From: a candidate division WS1 bacterium | GTDB taxonomy: Bacteria; Armatimonadota; Zipacnadia; Zipacnadales; Zipacnadaceae | Reading direction: 5' to 3' | Length of the DNA stretch: 63,824 nt | Assembly (NCBI GenBank): GCA_012523355.1 | Contig: JAAYIR010000089.1 | Coordinates: forward strand, 1-63,824 | Shown here: piece by piece, positions 1 through 8,921 of the stretch | How the letters are laid out: each line of letters opens with the position of its first letter | Position numbering within the stretch: the first letter of the stretch is position 1 | The notes under the pieces: generated by a model | The model's input: the letters and a program-made list of their open reading frames with translations, nothing else | Told to the model about the DNA's origin: nothing | Database searches by the model: none | Program-made: the position numbers and the translations under genes

Positions 1-188
1 CGATGTTGAAATCAACCTGATCGTCCGGGTCCAATTGATCTCCCTCGGTCTGTGGGATAGCTCCACAGGACGCTGACACGGCCATTATAACCTGTGGCCG
101 CGCTACGGGGAAGTGCCAGAGCAGATGGGACTGGGCGGCGGCTGAGGGAGGGCACAACTGCAGGGCCTGGGGTCAGTCGACTGGGTCC

Positions 189-1841
189 TCAGCGAACGCG
201 TCTCTCCAAGATCATATACCGCAGGTCCCACCCACTGCCCGCAGGCTCTCCAAACACCCTCGTGAGGTGGAACTCGGACCCCAGGTACTCATCCAGCAAC
301 CTGGCCCCCGGCTCGCCCACCGCTTCCCCGAAAGGAATGGCGCTGCAGTCCAGCATGACATACCGTGTCCGGTGCTCATGGAGGTCCTGGATTATCTCCT
401 GTTGCACCAGGTAGGTGGTGGCCACGCCCGGATGCAATTCGTGGTATCTCGTCGCCGGAGGACGCTCAGTGAGGAAGTAGAGCATGAGATGATTGATGAA
501 GAGGCGATCATGGCGGGCGCTGCCCACGAATAGCGTCTCGTTCGAAGGCACGTTCTCGCGAACCCAAGCCACGGCTTCCTCACACGCCCTCTCCGTTGCC
601 CCCACCCTGATCCCCGCGGCGCGGGGGGCAGTGAAGGTGCCATATGGGGGCGGCCTCCAGCTTTCACGAAGGGCAAACCCCCACCTGACCAGTCCGGGCA
701 CCACAAGTATCACCGCCGCCAGGCCTAACGCACCCAGGCCCAAGGCAGCGCGCGCTCGTCCGGCAGCGCATCCCTGCCACATCCAACCCGCGAGGAGGCC
801 CAGCAGCAAGAGCGCGGGCAACCCGAAGGGCATCAGATGAGCGAGATCCGGTCGGATGCGTAGGAAGTTGAAGCTGATTGCGCCAACTATCAGTAAAAGT
901 AACGCCACCCAGCAAGTCACATCCCACCCTTCCCCACCGCACCGCTCTCGCAGCTTGCGCGTCAGGAGCCACCCCAGGGTCAACAGGTACACAACGGGGG
1001 GCACGTAGAAGGGGGCCAGCCAGCTGAGCTTCCGCAGAGCGTAGCCGGAGTCGAGCAACTGCCACCATGTCTCCAGGGGCAAAGGCGGAGTGGAAAGACG
1101 GGGATACGGAAGGTCTCGCGTTGAGGGAAACACTTGCAGAGGGAAGGTCCAGAAGTTATATACCAGCACAGACCAGGGGACCTTGAGCAGGAAGACGATC
1201 ACCACGGGCCCCACGATTGCCGCGATGGGGAGGAAGAACCATACCAGCCTGCGCAAGGGTAGTCGCTGGTGGCGGAGAAAACCCGCCAGCACCAGACCTT
1301 CACCCAGCGCGGAATAGACTCCCAGATCCTGGCGCACCAGCGCCGTGAGCCCCACTATGAGACCCGCCCCCAGGAGCCAGGGCGATTTGCGGGTCTGGAG
1401 GAAGAGCGTTGTGCAGAGCAGGCTGGCTATCACCCCCAGGGTGCCGGTTGGCATGAAGGCGGCGGGGACAGCAGCATATCCCGTGGGGTAGAAAACCGCC
1501 AGAAACAGCAGCCAGACTAGCCAGGCCCACCCCCCTGCAACCAGTCTTGCAAGGTTAAACACCACCATCGCCAGTGCTGCGCACATCAATAAGACCAGGA
1601 TTCGCCCGACGATGACGGAAGGCCCGAACAACTTGAAGACGGCGGCGGTCAGGTAGAGCTGTCCCGGGGCGTGACACTCCCAATAGTCTCGGTAGGGGAG
1701 CTCGCCAGCGAGAATCCGGGTCGCTCCCACATTCACGACGCCCTCGTCGTAGAGACTGAGGCCGTGCTCGAGGCCTACCCGCAGATAGCCCAGCGAGAAT
1801 ACGAAGACCGCCACCAACAGCAAGCGCTCTTTCATTCGCAA
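189..1841 (-). CDS. Polytopic membrane protein, GT-C-type glycosyltransferase-like (ArnT/PMT/DUF2029-like)
   Basis: 550-aa ORF with many hydrophobic segments. First loop carries LYDEG...LPYRDYWECHAPG, resembling the acidic/YRD loop motifs of GT-C membrane glycosyltransferases. Soluble C-terminal region. Family assignment is by eye only. Confidence 0.55.
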   Translation of the reverse strand: MRMKERLLLVAVFVFSLGYLRVGLEHGLSLYDEGVVNVGATRILAGELPYRDYWECHAPGQLYLTAAVFKLFGPSVIVGRILVLLMCAALAMVVFNLARLVAGGWAWLVWLLFLAVFYPTGYAAVPAAFMPTGTLGVIASLLCTTLFLQTRKSPWLLGAGLIVGLTALVRQDLGVYSALGEGLVLAGFLRHQRLPLRRLVWFFLPIAAIVGPVVIVFLLKVPWSVLVYNFWTFPLQVFPSTRDLPYPRLSTPPLPLETWWQLLDSGYALRKLSWLAPFYVPPVVYLLTLGWLLTRKLRERCGGEGWDVTCWVALLLLIVGAISFNFLRIRPDLAHLMPFGLPALLLLGLLAGWMWQGCAAGRARAALGLGALGLAAVILVVPGLVRWGFALRESWRPPPYGTFTAPRAAGIRVGATERACEEAVAWVRENVPSNETLFVGSARHDRLFINHLMLYFLTERPPATRYHELHPGVATTYLVQQEIIQDLHEHRTRYVMLDCSAIPFGEAVGEPGARLLDEYLGSEFHLTRVFGEPAGSGWDLRYMILERRVR

Positions 1842-1967
1842 GCCCTCCAGGAAGCCTGTGCGACCGCGGGTGGTGCGCCGATTATAGCACGCGAGGGCGC
1901 CGGGCCGGCGGAAGGCCTCCCAGTTCAGGAACTATCTCTCGGCAGAAAGAGCTCCCGAACTCGTACC

Positions 1968-2924
1968 TCACAGGCTTCTGGCGATCAGCAGCGTCACGGG
2001 TGCCCAGACGACGGCAAAGAGGTTCGTGGTCACCCACAGGCTATTGGCCAGATGCCTATTAAGCCCCGAGACCTGCGCTACGACCAGGGACAAAATGGCT
2101 ACGGGCGTGCACGCCGCGATGAAGACCACCTTCACCATCTCATGGTTGGCCTGACCCCAGAGGCCCAGGGCCCAGGCCATGCCAAGTCCCAGTAGTGGGA
2201 GTAGAAGGAACTTGAAGGCGTGCATCACGACAACAGGGCGGAGATAGGCCGCAACGCGGGAGAGCCGCAGGGACAAGCCGATGGCGAAGAGCTGGATTGC
2301 GGCGTCCAGCGGCACCAGCACCTCAATGGCCCGGTGGCCGAACAGCGGAAGCCTGGGCGCGAAAGCCAAGAGCAGCAGACCCAGCCCAGTAGCCAGCAAG
2401 GGGTTGCGGCTATAGCTGGCCCGAAACACCCTTCCCAGTGCGGCCCAGGGGGAGAGCGCGCCTTCCACGTAGCGCCCGGCAATGTAGAAGCCCAGAAGAT
2501 AGACCAGGGGTGCAAAGGGAAGGCAGAAGAAGGAAGCCAGCGCGGCGCCCTGCACGCCCAGGAGGAGATAGCACAGGAAAGCGCCGTAGGTGGTCCCCTG
2601 ATTGCTGAACATCGAACAGAGGATCCAGGGGGCCCGGTCGCGCGGCGCCGAGAAGAGTCCACGCCCCAGCCAGCTCGAGAGCGGCCAGGCCAGTAAGATG
2701 AGCAGCGCGCAGATCACAGGCAGGGCTGCTACGCTCCAACCTGGGAGCACGAGCGCCCAGAGAACCAGGGCAATGACGACAGGCGAGAGGTACGTGAGTC
2801 CTGCGCGACTGATGGGGCTTGAACGCTCGGCAGACAGCCACCCCCGATGCCGGGCGAGGTATCCCAGGCCCAGCGCCCCGACTATGACCAGAACACCCTC
2901 GAGGGTCTTGAAGAGCGGTGACAT
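1968..2924 (-). CDS. AEC (auxin efflux carrier) family transporter
   Basis: About 10 TM segments. N-terminus MSPLFKTLEGVLVIVGALGLGYLARHRGWLS is typical of AEC/membrane transport proteins. Start moved to the internal ATG (cat at 2922..2924); the ORF-track call extends to 2972. Confidence 0.75.
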   Translation of the reverse strand: MSPLFKTLEGVLVIVGALGLGYLARHRGWLSAERSSPISRAGLTYLSPVVIALVLWALVLPGWSVAALPVICALLILLAWPLSSWLGRGLFSAPRDRAPWILCSMFSNQGTTYGAFLCYLLLGVQGAALASFFCLPFAPLVYLLGFYIAGRYVEGALSPWAALGRVFRASYSRNPLLATGLGLLLLAFAPRLPLFGHRAIEVLVPLDAAIQLFAIGLSLRLSRVAAYLRPVVVMHAFKFLLLPLLGLGMAWALGLWGQANHEMVKVVFIAACTPVAILSLVVAQVSGLNRHLANSLWVTTNLFAVVWAPVTLLIARSL

Positions 2925-3014
2925 GCGAAAGTGGTGCCTGCCGTGTACTGGGTGGTGAGTTGGGGACGGCAACCCTTCGGTCGTTACTCACCACTCACAG
3001 CTCATCACCCACGA

Positions 3015-4271
3015 CTAGCTGAGCTCGTCGGGGCCGCCGATCTTACCCAGCACGGCGCTGGCGGCAGTGATTGCCGGGCCCGCGAGATAAATCTCACTCT
3101 TCGGATGGCCCATGCGGCCTACGAAGTTGCGGTTGGTGGTGGCGATGGCCCGTTCGGCTTGTGCCAGACACCCGCTATGTCCGCCCAGGCACGGTCCGCA
3201 GGTGGGTACCCCAAACAGACACCCCGCCTCGAGGAAGGTCTCCACCAGGCCTTCCTGCGTGGCCTGCAGGTGAATCTCGGTGCTTCCGGGGAAGACCAGA
3301 CAGCGGACGCCGGGAGCCACCTTGCGGCCCTTCAGCACCTGGGCCGCCACGCGCAGGTCCTCCAGACGGCCGTTGGTGCAGGCGCCGATGACCGCCTGAT
3401 CAATCCTGATTTCGCCGACCTCAGAGAGACCGCGAGCGTTCTCCGGCAGGTGCGGGAAGGCTACCTGAGGCTCAATGTCCCCCGCGTCCCACTCGCAGAC
3501 CTCAGCGTACTCGGCGTTGGGATCGCTGTGGAAGGCCAGGAACTCACGAGCGGCGCGGGGCTTCACCCACTCCAGCGTGGTCTGGTCCGGCGCCACGATT
3601 CCAGATTTCCCGCCGGCCTCGATTGCCATATTGCACATGGTGAAACGCCCGGCCATGTCCAAGCTCTCGATCACCGGTCCGGCGAACTCCATCGCCCGGT
3701 AACGCGCACCGTCCACCCCAATCTTGCCGATAGCATAGAGAATCAGGTCCTTGCCCCCGACCCAGGGCTGCAGGCTCCCGGTAAAGATGAACTTCATGCT
3801 TTCCGGGACGCGAAACCAGGTCTCACCCAGGGCCATGCCGCCCGCGGCATCCGTGGAGCCGACACCGGTGGCAAAGGCGCCCACCGCCCCGTAAGTGCAG
3901 GTGTGGGAATCGGCGCCGATCACCACATCCCCGGGCAGCGCCAGGCCCTTGTCGGGCACGATGATGTGCTCGATACCCCCGCCCTGGGCCTCGTAGAAGT
4001 GTTTGAGGCCCTGCTCGCGGGCGAAGTCACGCAGTAGCTTGGTGTTCTCCGCGGACTGGATGTCCTTGTTAGGGGTGTTGTGATCGGCGACCAGCACCAC
4101 GCGCTCGGGGTCGAAAACTTTCGTCGCACCCATCTCCCGGAATTCACGAATTGAGATGGGGGCGGTGATGTCGTTGGCCAGGACGAGGCTCAGCTTGCAG
4201 GTCACGAAATCCCCAGGCCTAACCCGGTCCACGCCGGCAGCGTTAGCCAGGATCTTCTCAGTGATGGTCAT
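3015..4271 (-). CDS. leuC: Aconitase-family dehydratase large subunit (3-isopropylmalate / homoaconitate dehydratase, archaeal-type 418 aa)
   Basis: MTITEKILANAAG..., GADSHTCTYGA, and CGPCLGG cluster-ligand motifs. GGAAGGA Shine-Dalgarno before the ATG. LeuC versus HacA cannot be resolved by eye. Confidence 0.8.
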   Translation of the reverse strand: MTITEKILANAAGVDRVRPGDFVTCKLSLVLANDITAPISIREFREMGATKVFDPERVVLVADHNTPNKDIQSAENTKLLRDFAREQGLKHFYEAQGGGIEHIIVPDKGLALPGDVVIGADSHTCTYGAVGAFATGVGSTDAAGGMALGETWFRVPESMKFIFTGSLQPWVGGKDLILYAIGKIGVDGARYRAMEFAGPVIESLDMAGRFTMCNMAIEAGGKSGIVAPDQTTLEWVKPRAAREFLAFHSDPNAEYAEVCEWDAGDIEPQVAFPHLPENARGLSEVGEIRIDQAVIGACTNGRLEDLRVAAQVLKGRKVAPGVRCLVFPGSTEIHLQATQEGLVETFLEAGCLFGVPTCGPCLGGHSGCLAQAERAIATTNRNFVGRMGHPKSEIYLAGPAITAASAVLGKIGGPDELS

Positions 4272-4307
4272 AGTAAATCCTTCCTATCTCCGTGCATGGC
4301 AGGGTGC

Positions 4308-5711
4308 CTACGGCAGATTGTGCAGCGGGGTCCCCAGCCCCGCCAGGGCAGCCTCGCCCACTGACTCGTTCAACGTCGGGTGGCCGTGTATCGTGTCAGC
4401 GATATCCTCCATGCTCAACTGGTTCTCCACTGCCAGGGCAACCTCGGCAATCAGTTCCGTGGCCTTGGGGCCGACGATCGTACCGCCGAGCATGCGACCG
4501 GTGCCTGGCTCCGCGATGAGCTTGACGAAGCCTTCGCGCTCGTTGAGCACGGTGGCCTTCCCCAGCGCGCTGAAGGGGAACTTGCCCACCGTAATCTCCA
4601 GGCCGCGCTCCTGCGCCTCGTGCTCCCGGAGGCCCACCGAGGCGACTTCGGGCACGGTGTAAATGCCCGAAGGGACGCAGTCCAGGTTGACATGCGCCTC
4701 CCGCCCCAGGGCGAAGTCTACCGCAGCCAGGCCCTCGTGCGAGGCCAGGTGCGCCAGCCCAATGCCGCGTAAGCAATCGCCCGCGGCGAAGATGGAAGGC
4801 ACGCTGGTCTGCAGCCGCTCGTTCACCTGCACGCGTCCGCGCTCCAGCGCCACGCCGGCTTCCTCCAGGCCCAGGCCCGCCGTCGAGGCGCGACGGCCAA
4901 CCGCCAGCAAAGCCATCTCCGCCTCGATGGTCGTACACTCCCCCTCGCACTCATACACCAGCCGCTTGCCCTGGTCGCTGTCGGCGACCTCGGTTACCTT
5001 CGAGTTCACGGCGATCTTCACGCCACGCTTTACCAGTGCCCTGGCCAGCACCTCGGAAGCTTCCGGGTCCTCGGACGGGAGAAGGCGAGGCAGCATCTCC
5101 ACGACGGTGACCTGGGTACCGAAGCCGGAGTAGACGTAGGCAAATTCCAGACCGATGGCGCCGCCCCCGATGATTGCCAGGCTCTTCGGCGGTCCGGGGA
5201 GGTTGACGGCGTTGTCGCTGGTCATGATCGCTGGGTCATCCAGGCTACACATCGGCAAGCAGACTGGCTCTGAACCAGTACAGAGGAGGATCCGGTCGGC
5301 CTGGAGGCTGACCGTGCCGTCTTCTAACTCGACGGCGACCTCGCCGGGCCCCTGTAACCTGCCCAGGCCCCGAAAGACCGCGACTTCCCGTTTGTTGAGC
5401 AGGTGCTCCACGCCCGTCACTAGCTGCTTTACCACCCGGTCCTTGTAGCCCCGGACCTTATCGAAGTCCACCTGCGGTTCGCCGAAAGTGATCCCGAAGC
5501 GTTTGCCGCTGCGGGCCATATCCAGCATTTCCACACAGTGAATCAGTGCTTTGGAGGGTATGCAGCCCACGTTTAGGCAGGTTCCGCCCAGGTACTTCTT
5601 CTCGACCAGGGCAGCCCTAGCGCCACGTTCCGCAGCCCAGAGCGCTGCGACATAGCCTGCCGGCCCGCTACCGATTACGACCACGTCAAACTTCTGCACT
5701 TCCGCGGACAT
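4308..5711 (-). CDS. lpdA: Dihydrolipoyl dehydrogenase (E3)
   Basis: FDVVVIGSGPAGYVAA FAD motif, redox-active GGTCLNVGCIPSK disulfide, and C-terminal HAHPTL-like IHGHPTLNE interface motif. Confidence 0.92.
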   Translation of the reverse strand: MSAEVQKFDVVVIGSGPAGYVAALWAAERGARAALVEKKYLGGTCLNVGCIPSKALIHCVEMLDMARSGKRFGITFGEPQVDFDKVRGYKDRVVKQLVTGVEHLLNKREVAVFRGLGRLQGPGEVAVELEDGTVSLQADRILLCTGSEPVCLPMCSLDDPAIMTSDNAVNLPGPPKSLAIIGGGAIGLEFAYVYSGFGTQVTVVEMLPRLLPSEDPEASEVLARALVKRGVKIAVNSKVTEVADSDQGKRLVYECEGECTTIEAEMALLAVGRRASTAGLGLEEAGVALERGRVQVNERLQTSVPSIFAAGDCLRGIGLAHLASHEGLAAVDFALGREAHVNLDCVPSGIYTVPEVASVGLREHEAQERGLEITVGKFPFSALGKATVLNEREGFVKLIAEPGTGRMLGGTIVGPKATELIAEVALAVENQLSMEDIADTIHGHPTLNESVGEAALAGLGTPLHNLP

Positions 5712-5890
5712 AGAGAACCCTCCTGGAACCAGTTCAGAGGCCCGATGCGGGGGCTACAGACTGCGGGGCGAAGGAAGGCATGATCACCGGCGAACCCGCG
5801 CAGACTGACTGGCAACGGTCAGCTGGAGACTCTTAGCAAAAGGCGGCGCCAGAAGCCTGGGCTCCGAACGCCGCCGTACACACGAAGGTC

Positions 5891-5966
<76 letters not shown>

Positions 5967-6085
5967 ACCGGTGACTCCTAGTATAGCAAGCCGCTCATGT
6001 ATGGTCAAGGGAGCCGGACAACACACAACGGGGAGGCGTGGCTCCCGCGGCTGGTGATGAACAAATCGCCCGTCGCTGGTGCTGC

Positions 6086-6277
6086 CTACTCCTCCACCCA
6101 ACTGATGGCCTGGAAGGGGCACGAATCTATCGCCTGTTGCAGGGTGGCCTCGTCAGCTCCCTCAGGGTTGTAGACTTCTGAGAGGCCCTCATCATTGAGG
6201 CGGAAGACTCCGGGAGCGATGCTCACACAGATTTCTGCAGACTGGCACAGCGTGGGATCCACGCGTACTAAGCGCAT
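6086..6277 (-). CDS. Single-cluster ferredoxin, predicted [3Fe-4S] type
   Basis: 63 aa with only three Cys, in a CQSAEIC...CP pattern (CxxAxxC...CP). Overall similarity to the neighbouring ferredoxin, e.g. ...AIDSCPFQAISW. Confidence 0.8.
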   Translation of the reverse strand: MRLVRVDPTLCQSAEICVSIAPGVFRLNDEGLSEVYNPEGADEATLQQAIDSCPFQAISWVEE

Positions 6278-6361
6278 CTCACTGTCTCCCTTCTTTCAAC
6301 CATGGCTTCAGGTAGCGAGCAGCCTGGTGACTGCTCGCTACCTCTGCGCCGAAGCTTCCAG

Positions 6362-6550
6362 CTACTCGGACCAGCTAATGGCCGACACCGGGCAGGAGTC
6401 AATAGCCTCCTGGATGGTGTCCTGGTCGTCGCCCGCCGGATCCTGGACGACTGCCACCCCGTCATCATTCATGGCAAAAGTGTTTTCCGCGATCTGGGTG
6501 CACAGTTCGCACCCGGTGCAAGTATCTGCATCGACTACAGGAACCGCCAT
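6362..6550 (-). CDS. Single-cluster ferredoxin, predicted [4Fe-4S] type
   Basis: 62 aa with CTGCELC...CP (CxxCxxC...CP). Paralog of the ORF at 6086..6277. Confidence 0.85.
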   Translation of the reverse strand: MAVPVVDADTCTGCELCTQIAENTFAMNDDGVAVVQDPAGDDQDTIQEAIDSCPVSAISWSE

Positions 6551-6663
6551 TTCAACTCACCTCCGGTACATTTAGCACGACGCCGCCTGTATTCTGCACT
6601 GAAGCCGGGGATACCTTCCCGGCCCAGGCACGCGGCGAACTCAAAGACGAAGCGCACCCGTAA

Positions 6664-7575
6664 TTAGTTCTTGCGCCAGCTGTTCCACACCGGCCAGAGA
6701 CGCTGTATCCGGGGCCGAAAACCAGCGGTGGGCAGGGCGCCATCCACCGCTCGCAGAGTTGATATCACGATCTCCGGGGGGCAATTGAGGCGGTAGTACG
6801 GCTGCACGATTCCGACACCGCGGGAGACCTGGAGCATGGTCCCCTGGTAGTTGAACAGTCCCCAGGCATAGTGGGCGCCGAGCTGGCTGTTGACTACCGG
6901 CGGTCCCACAAGAGGCAGGACGACCTGCCCCCCGTGAGTGTGACCACACAGATACAGATCCATGTCCCCCGCAGAGAGCCGCGAGACCAGGTCCGGAGTA
7001 TGTCCCAGGCCCAGGCGACAGACCGCTGAGGGGACCCCCTCTAAGGCCTGGGGGACGTCTTCGCGTCCGGTCACCGGATCGTCAATACCCACCACCCATA
7101 CCTGCCCGTCGCTGTCTGGCAAGAGAAGGCTCCGGTTACGCAGCACCTCCCACCCCGTCTCTTGCAGTGTCCGCACCACGGCGTCGCGGCGGCCATGGAA
7201 GAAATCGTGATTCCCCAACACGGCATACTTCCCGCGGGGCGCATGCAGCGCGGCGAGGTCAGGGGCAAAGTGACGCAGGAACTTCGGGATGGTGCTGAGC
7301 AGGTCTCCCGTGAAGCAGATCACATCCACGGGATAGCGCTGCATAGCGGCCAGGGCTTCGTGAAGATAGCGCCGGGACACAGCGGCGGTGAGGTGGAGGT
7401 CGGTGAAGTGTAGTATGCGCAGCCCGTCGAGCTCACGAGGCAAACGCGCGACGGGCACCTCCCACTCGGTCAGATGGAGGTCATACTTCTCGCCACGAAG
7501 GAACCAGCCGCCGCGTCCCACCAGGTAGGCGCCGGTGGCGACCCCCGCGGCCTGGAGAAAGTGGCGTCGCGTCAT
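6664..7575 (-). CDS. Calcineurin-like metallophosphoesterase with twin-arginine signal (YkuE/YaeI-like)
   Basis: MTRRHFLQAAGVATGAYLV Tat-like N-terminus. Metallophosphatase motifs ILHFTDLHL, TGDLL, GNHDF and GHTHGGQ. The ATG at 7573..7575 lies 4 nt after the stop of the upstream QueC-like gene. Confidence 0.85.
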   Translation of the reverse strand: MTRRHFLQAAGVATGAYLVGRGGWFLRGEKYDLHLTEWEVPVARLPRELDGLRILHFTDLHLTAAVSRRYLHEALAAMQRYPVDVICFTGDLLSTIPKFLRHFAPDLAALHAPRGKYAVLGNHDFFHGRRDAVVRTLQETGWEVLRNRSLLLPDSDGQVWVVGIDDPVTGREDVPQALEGVPSAVCRLGLGHTPDLVSRLSAGDMDLYLCGHTHGGQVVLPLVGPPVVNSQLGAHYAWGLFNYQGTMLQVSRGVGIVQPYYRLNCPPEIVISTLRAVDGALPTAGFRPRIQRLWPVWNSWRKN

Positions 7576-7579
7576 GGAC

Positions 7580-8917
7580 TCACCCCAACCCCATGAGAGC
7601 GGCGGCCTCCGGGAAGCGACGCTGCGTGACCTCAAAAATCTCCGTGGCCTGGCGCCGCAGCGCGCGGACCACGTCCATCACCTGCGCGCCGCCCTCCTGC
7701 ATCTCCAGCAGCGAGGGGTACTGCAGCGGAATCTGCACCTCCGGAGTGAACAGCAAGCGCCGCGCCCATCCCAGCAGATCGGTAAGGTTGCGGTAGGCCT
7801 CGGTGTTTCGGGCGTCATGGGGCGCCGCCAAGACATCTGTGCCGTACACCTCATCCGGGAGATCGCAGGAAAGTAGAGCGAAGCGTCGCAGCAGGCAGGG
7901 CACGCACGCTCCGCATTGTCGCTGATGGCGCCCGATGGCCCAGCAGGATACGGTCTGCTCGATCTCCTGCGGGCTCAGCACCGGCTGCAGGCAGTTGCGG
8001 ATGATCTCGCCCTTAGCCTGATACAGGAAGGGATTCACCAAACGCACCTTCCAACCGGCAGCTTCCAGTAAGTCATTAAACTTCGCCAGCGCGACGGGAT
8101 GCGTACTATGGGTAGTGAAGCTGCCGATCCGCGCCTCGGAGACTGGTACGGCGGCCGTGAGAACGGCGTTGTCGCACAGGTAGACTTCCTCCACTCCCTC
8201 GCCCCTAGCGGCAAGGGCTCCCAGAGCCATGAATAGCACGGAGCGACAACGCCGGGTGGTCTCGCGGCGGTCCGGAGGCGGGAAGGGCAGGGCGTGGGTG
8301 CGATGCGAGCTCGGCGCGAGGCGCACGGGCGAGAGGCGCGAGCAGTCGGGCCAGTGCTCTTCCAGCGTGGCGGCGACGCGATCTTGTGCCTCAGCAACCG
8401 TGGGGTTGCCGGAACGATGCATGACCAGGCGCGGGAAACGGCCTGTGCGCAAGAGCAGGGCAGCGCCGGCCATGGAGTCCAACCCGCCGGACACCAGGCA
8501 GACGCTGTCCGCGCTGGGCCAGGCCGGGGCACTGGGCAGATCGCCCTCCTCGGCGCGGGCACTAAACCGCAGGTCAAAGTTGTCACCGCTGATCCGGTTC
8601 AGGAGTTGGGAAAGATCTCTCTGGTGAGCCTCCCAGAAGTCCAGCTCGCGAACTGCCAGGTCCAGCTCGATATCCCGGACGAAATCTTCGTTGCGCCCTC
8701 GGGGCACGGCCAGGTCCGCCAGATAGACCCCCACGGCCACGTCCAGAAAATCCAGGGCCAGGGGGCGCTCCTTGCCACTCGGCAGAGGCAGGGCCGAACA
8801 CTCCAGCAGCGCGTTTCGCTGCTCGGAGCGCCAATCCAGCAGGCAGACATTCGGCTCCGCGCAGTGCTGCGCGGCTCCCGCCGTCCGGCCCTCCGTCTGA
8901 AACATCCGTGCGACCAA
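7580..8917 (-). CDS. QueC-like PP-loop ATPase with N- and C-terminal extensions (QatC/Cap9-type), not a canonical 7-cyano-7-deazaguanine synthase
   Basis: SGGLDS PP-loop at aa 143-148 (nt 8474..8491). QueC-type zinc Cys cluster C-x11-CGACVPCLLRR near aa 335-355. 445 aa against about 220-230 aa for housekeeping QueC. TTG start at 8917 lies 4 nt after the upstream stop; an alternative ATG is at 8905. Confidence 0.8.
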   Translation of the reverse strand: MVARMFQTEGRTAGAAQHCAEPNVCLLDWRSEQRNALLECSALPLPSGKERPLALDFLDVAVGVYLADLAVPRGRNEDFVRDIELDLAVRELDFWEAHQRDLSQLLNRISGDNFDLRFSARAEEGDLPSAPAWPSADSVCLVSGGLDSMAGAALLLRTGRFPRLVMHRSGNPTVAEAQDRVAATLEEHWPDCSRLSPVRLAPSSHRTHALPFPPPDRRETTRRCRSVLFMALGALAARGEGVEEVYLCDNAVLTAAVPVSEARIGSFTTHSTHPVALAKFNDLLEAAGWKVRLVNPFLYQAKGEIIRNCLQPVLSPQEIEQTVSCWAIGRHQRQCGACVPCLLRRFALLSCDLPDEVYGTDVLAAPHDARNTEAYRNLTDLLGWARRLLFTPEVQIPLQYPSLLEMQEGGAQVMDVVRALRRQATEIFEVTQRRFPEAAALMGLG

Positions 8918-8921
8918 AACT

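Noticed and set aside
1-85. Possible 5' end of a minus-strand gene (MAVSASCGAIPQTEGDQLDPDDQVDFNI...) running off the left edge.
   Set aside because: Only 28 codons are visible, and there is no motif or clear RBS. The evidence is insufficient to call a feature.
2931-4037. 368-aa plus-strand ORF.
   Set aside because: It is antisense to the LeuC-type dehydratase gene.
7580-8917. Annotating this ORF simply as housekeeping queC (7-cyano-7-deazaguanine synthase).
   Set aside because: It is about twice the length of canonical QueC, with an extra N-terminal domain. It has no queuosine-pathway neighbours in the window and is coupled to an unknown 250-aa gene. This architecture fits QatC/Cap9-type QueC-like proteins better. 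It still needs profile and phylogenetic confirmation.
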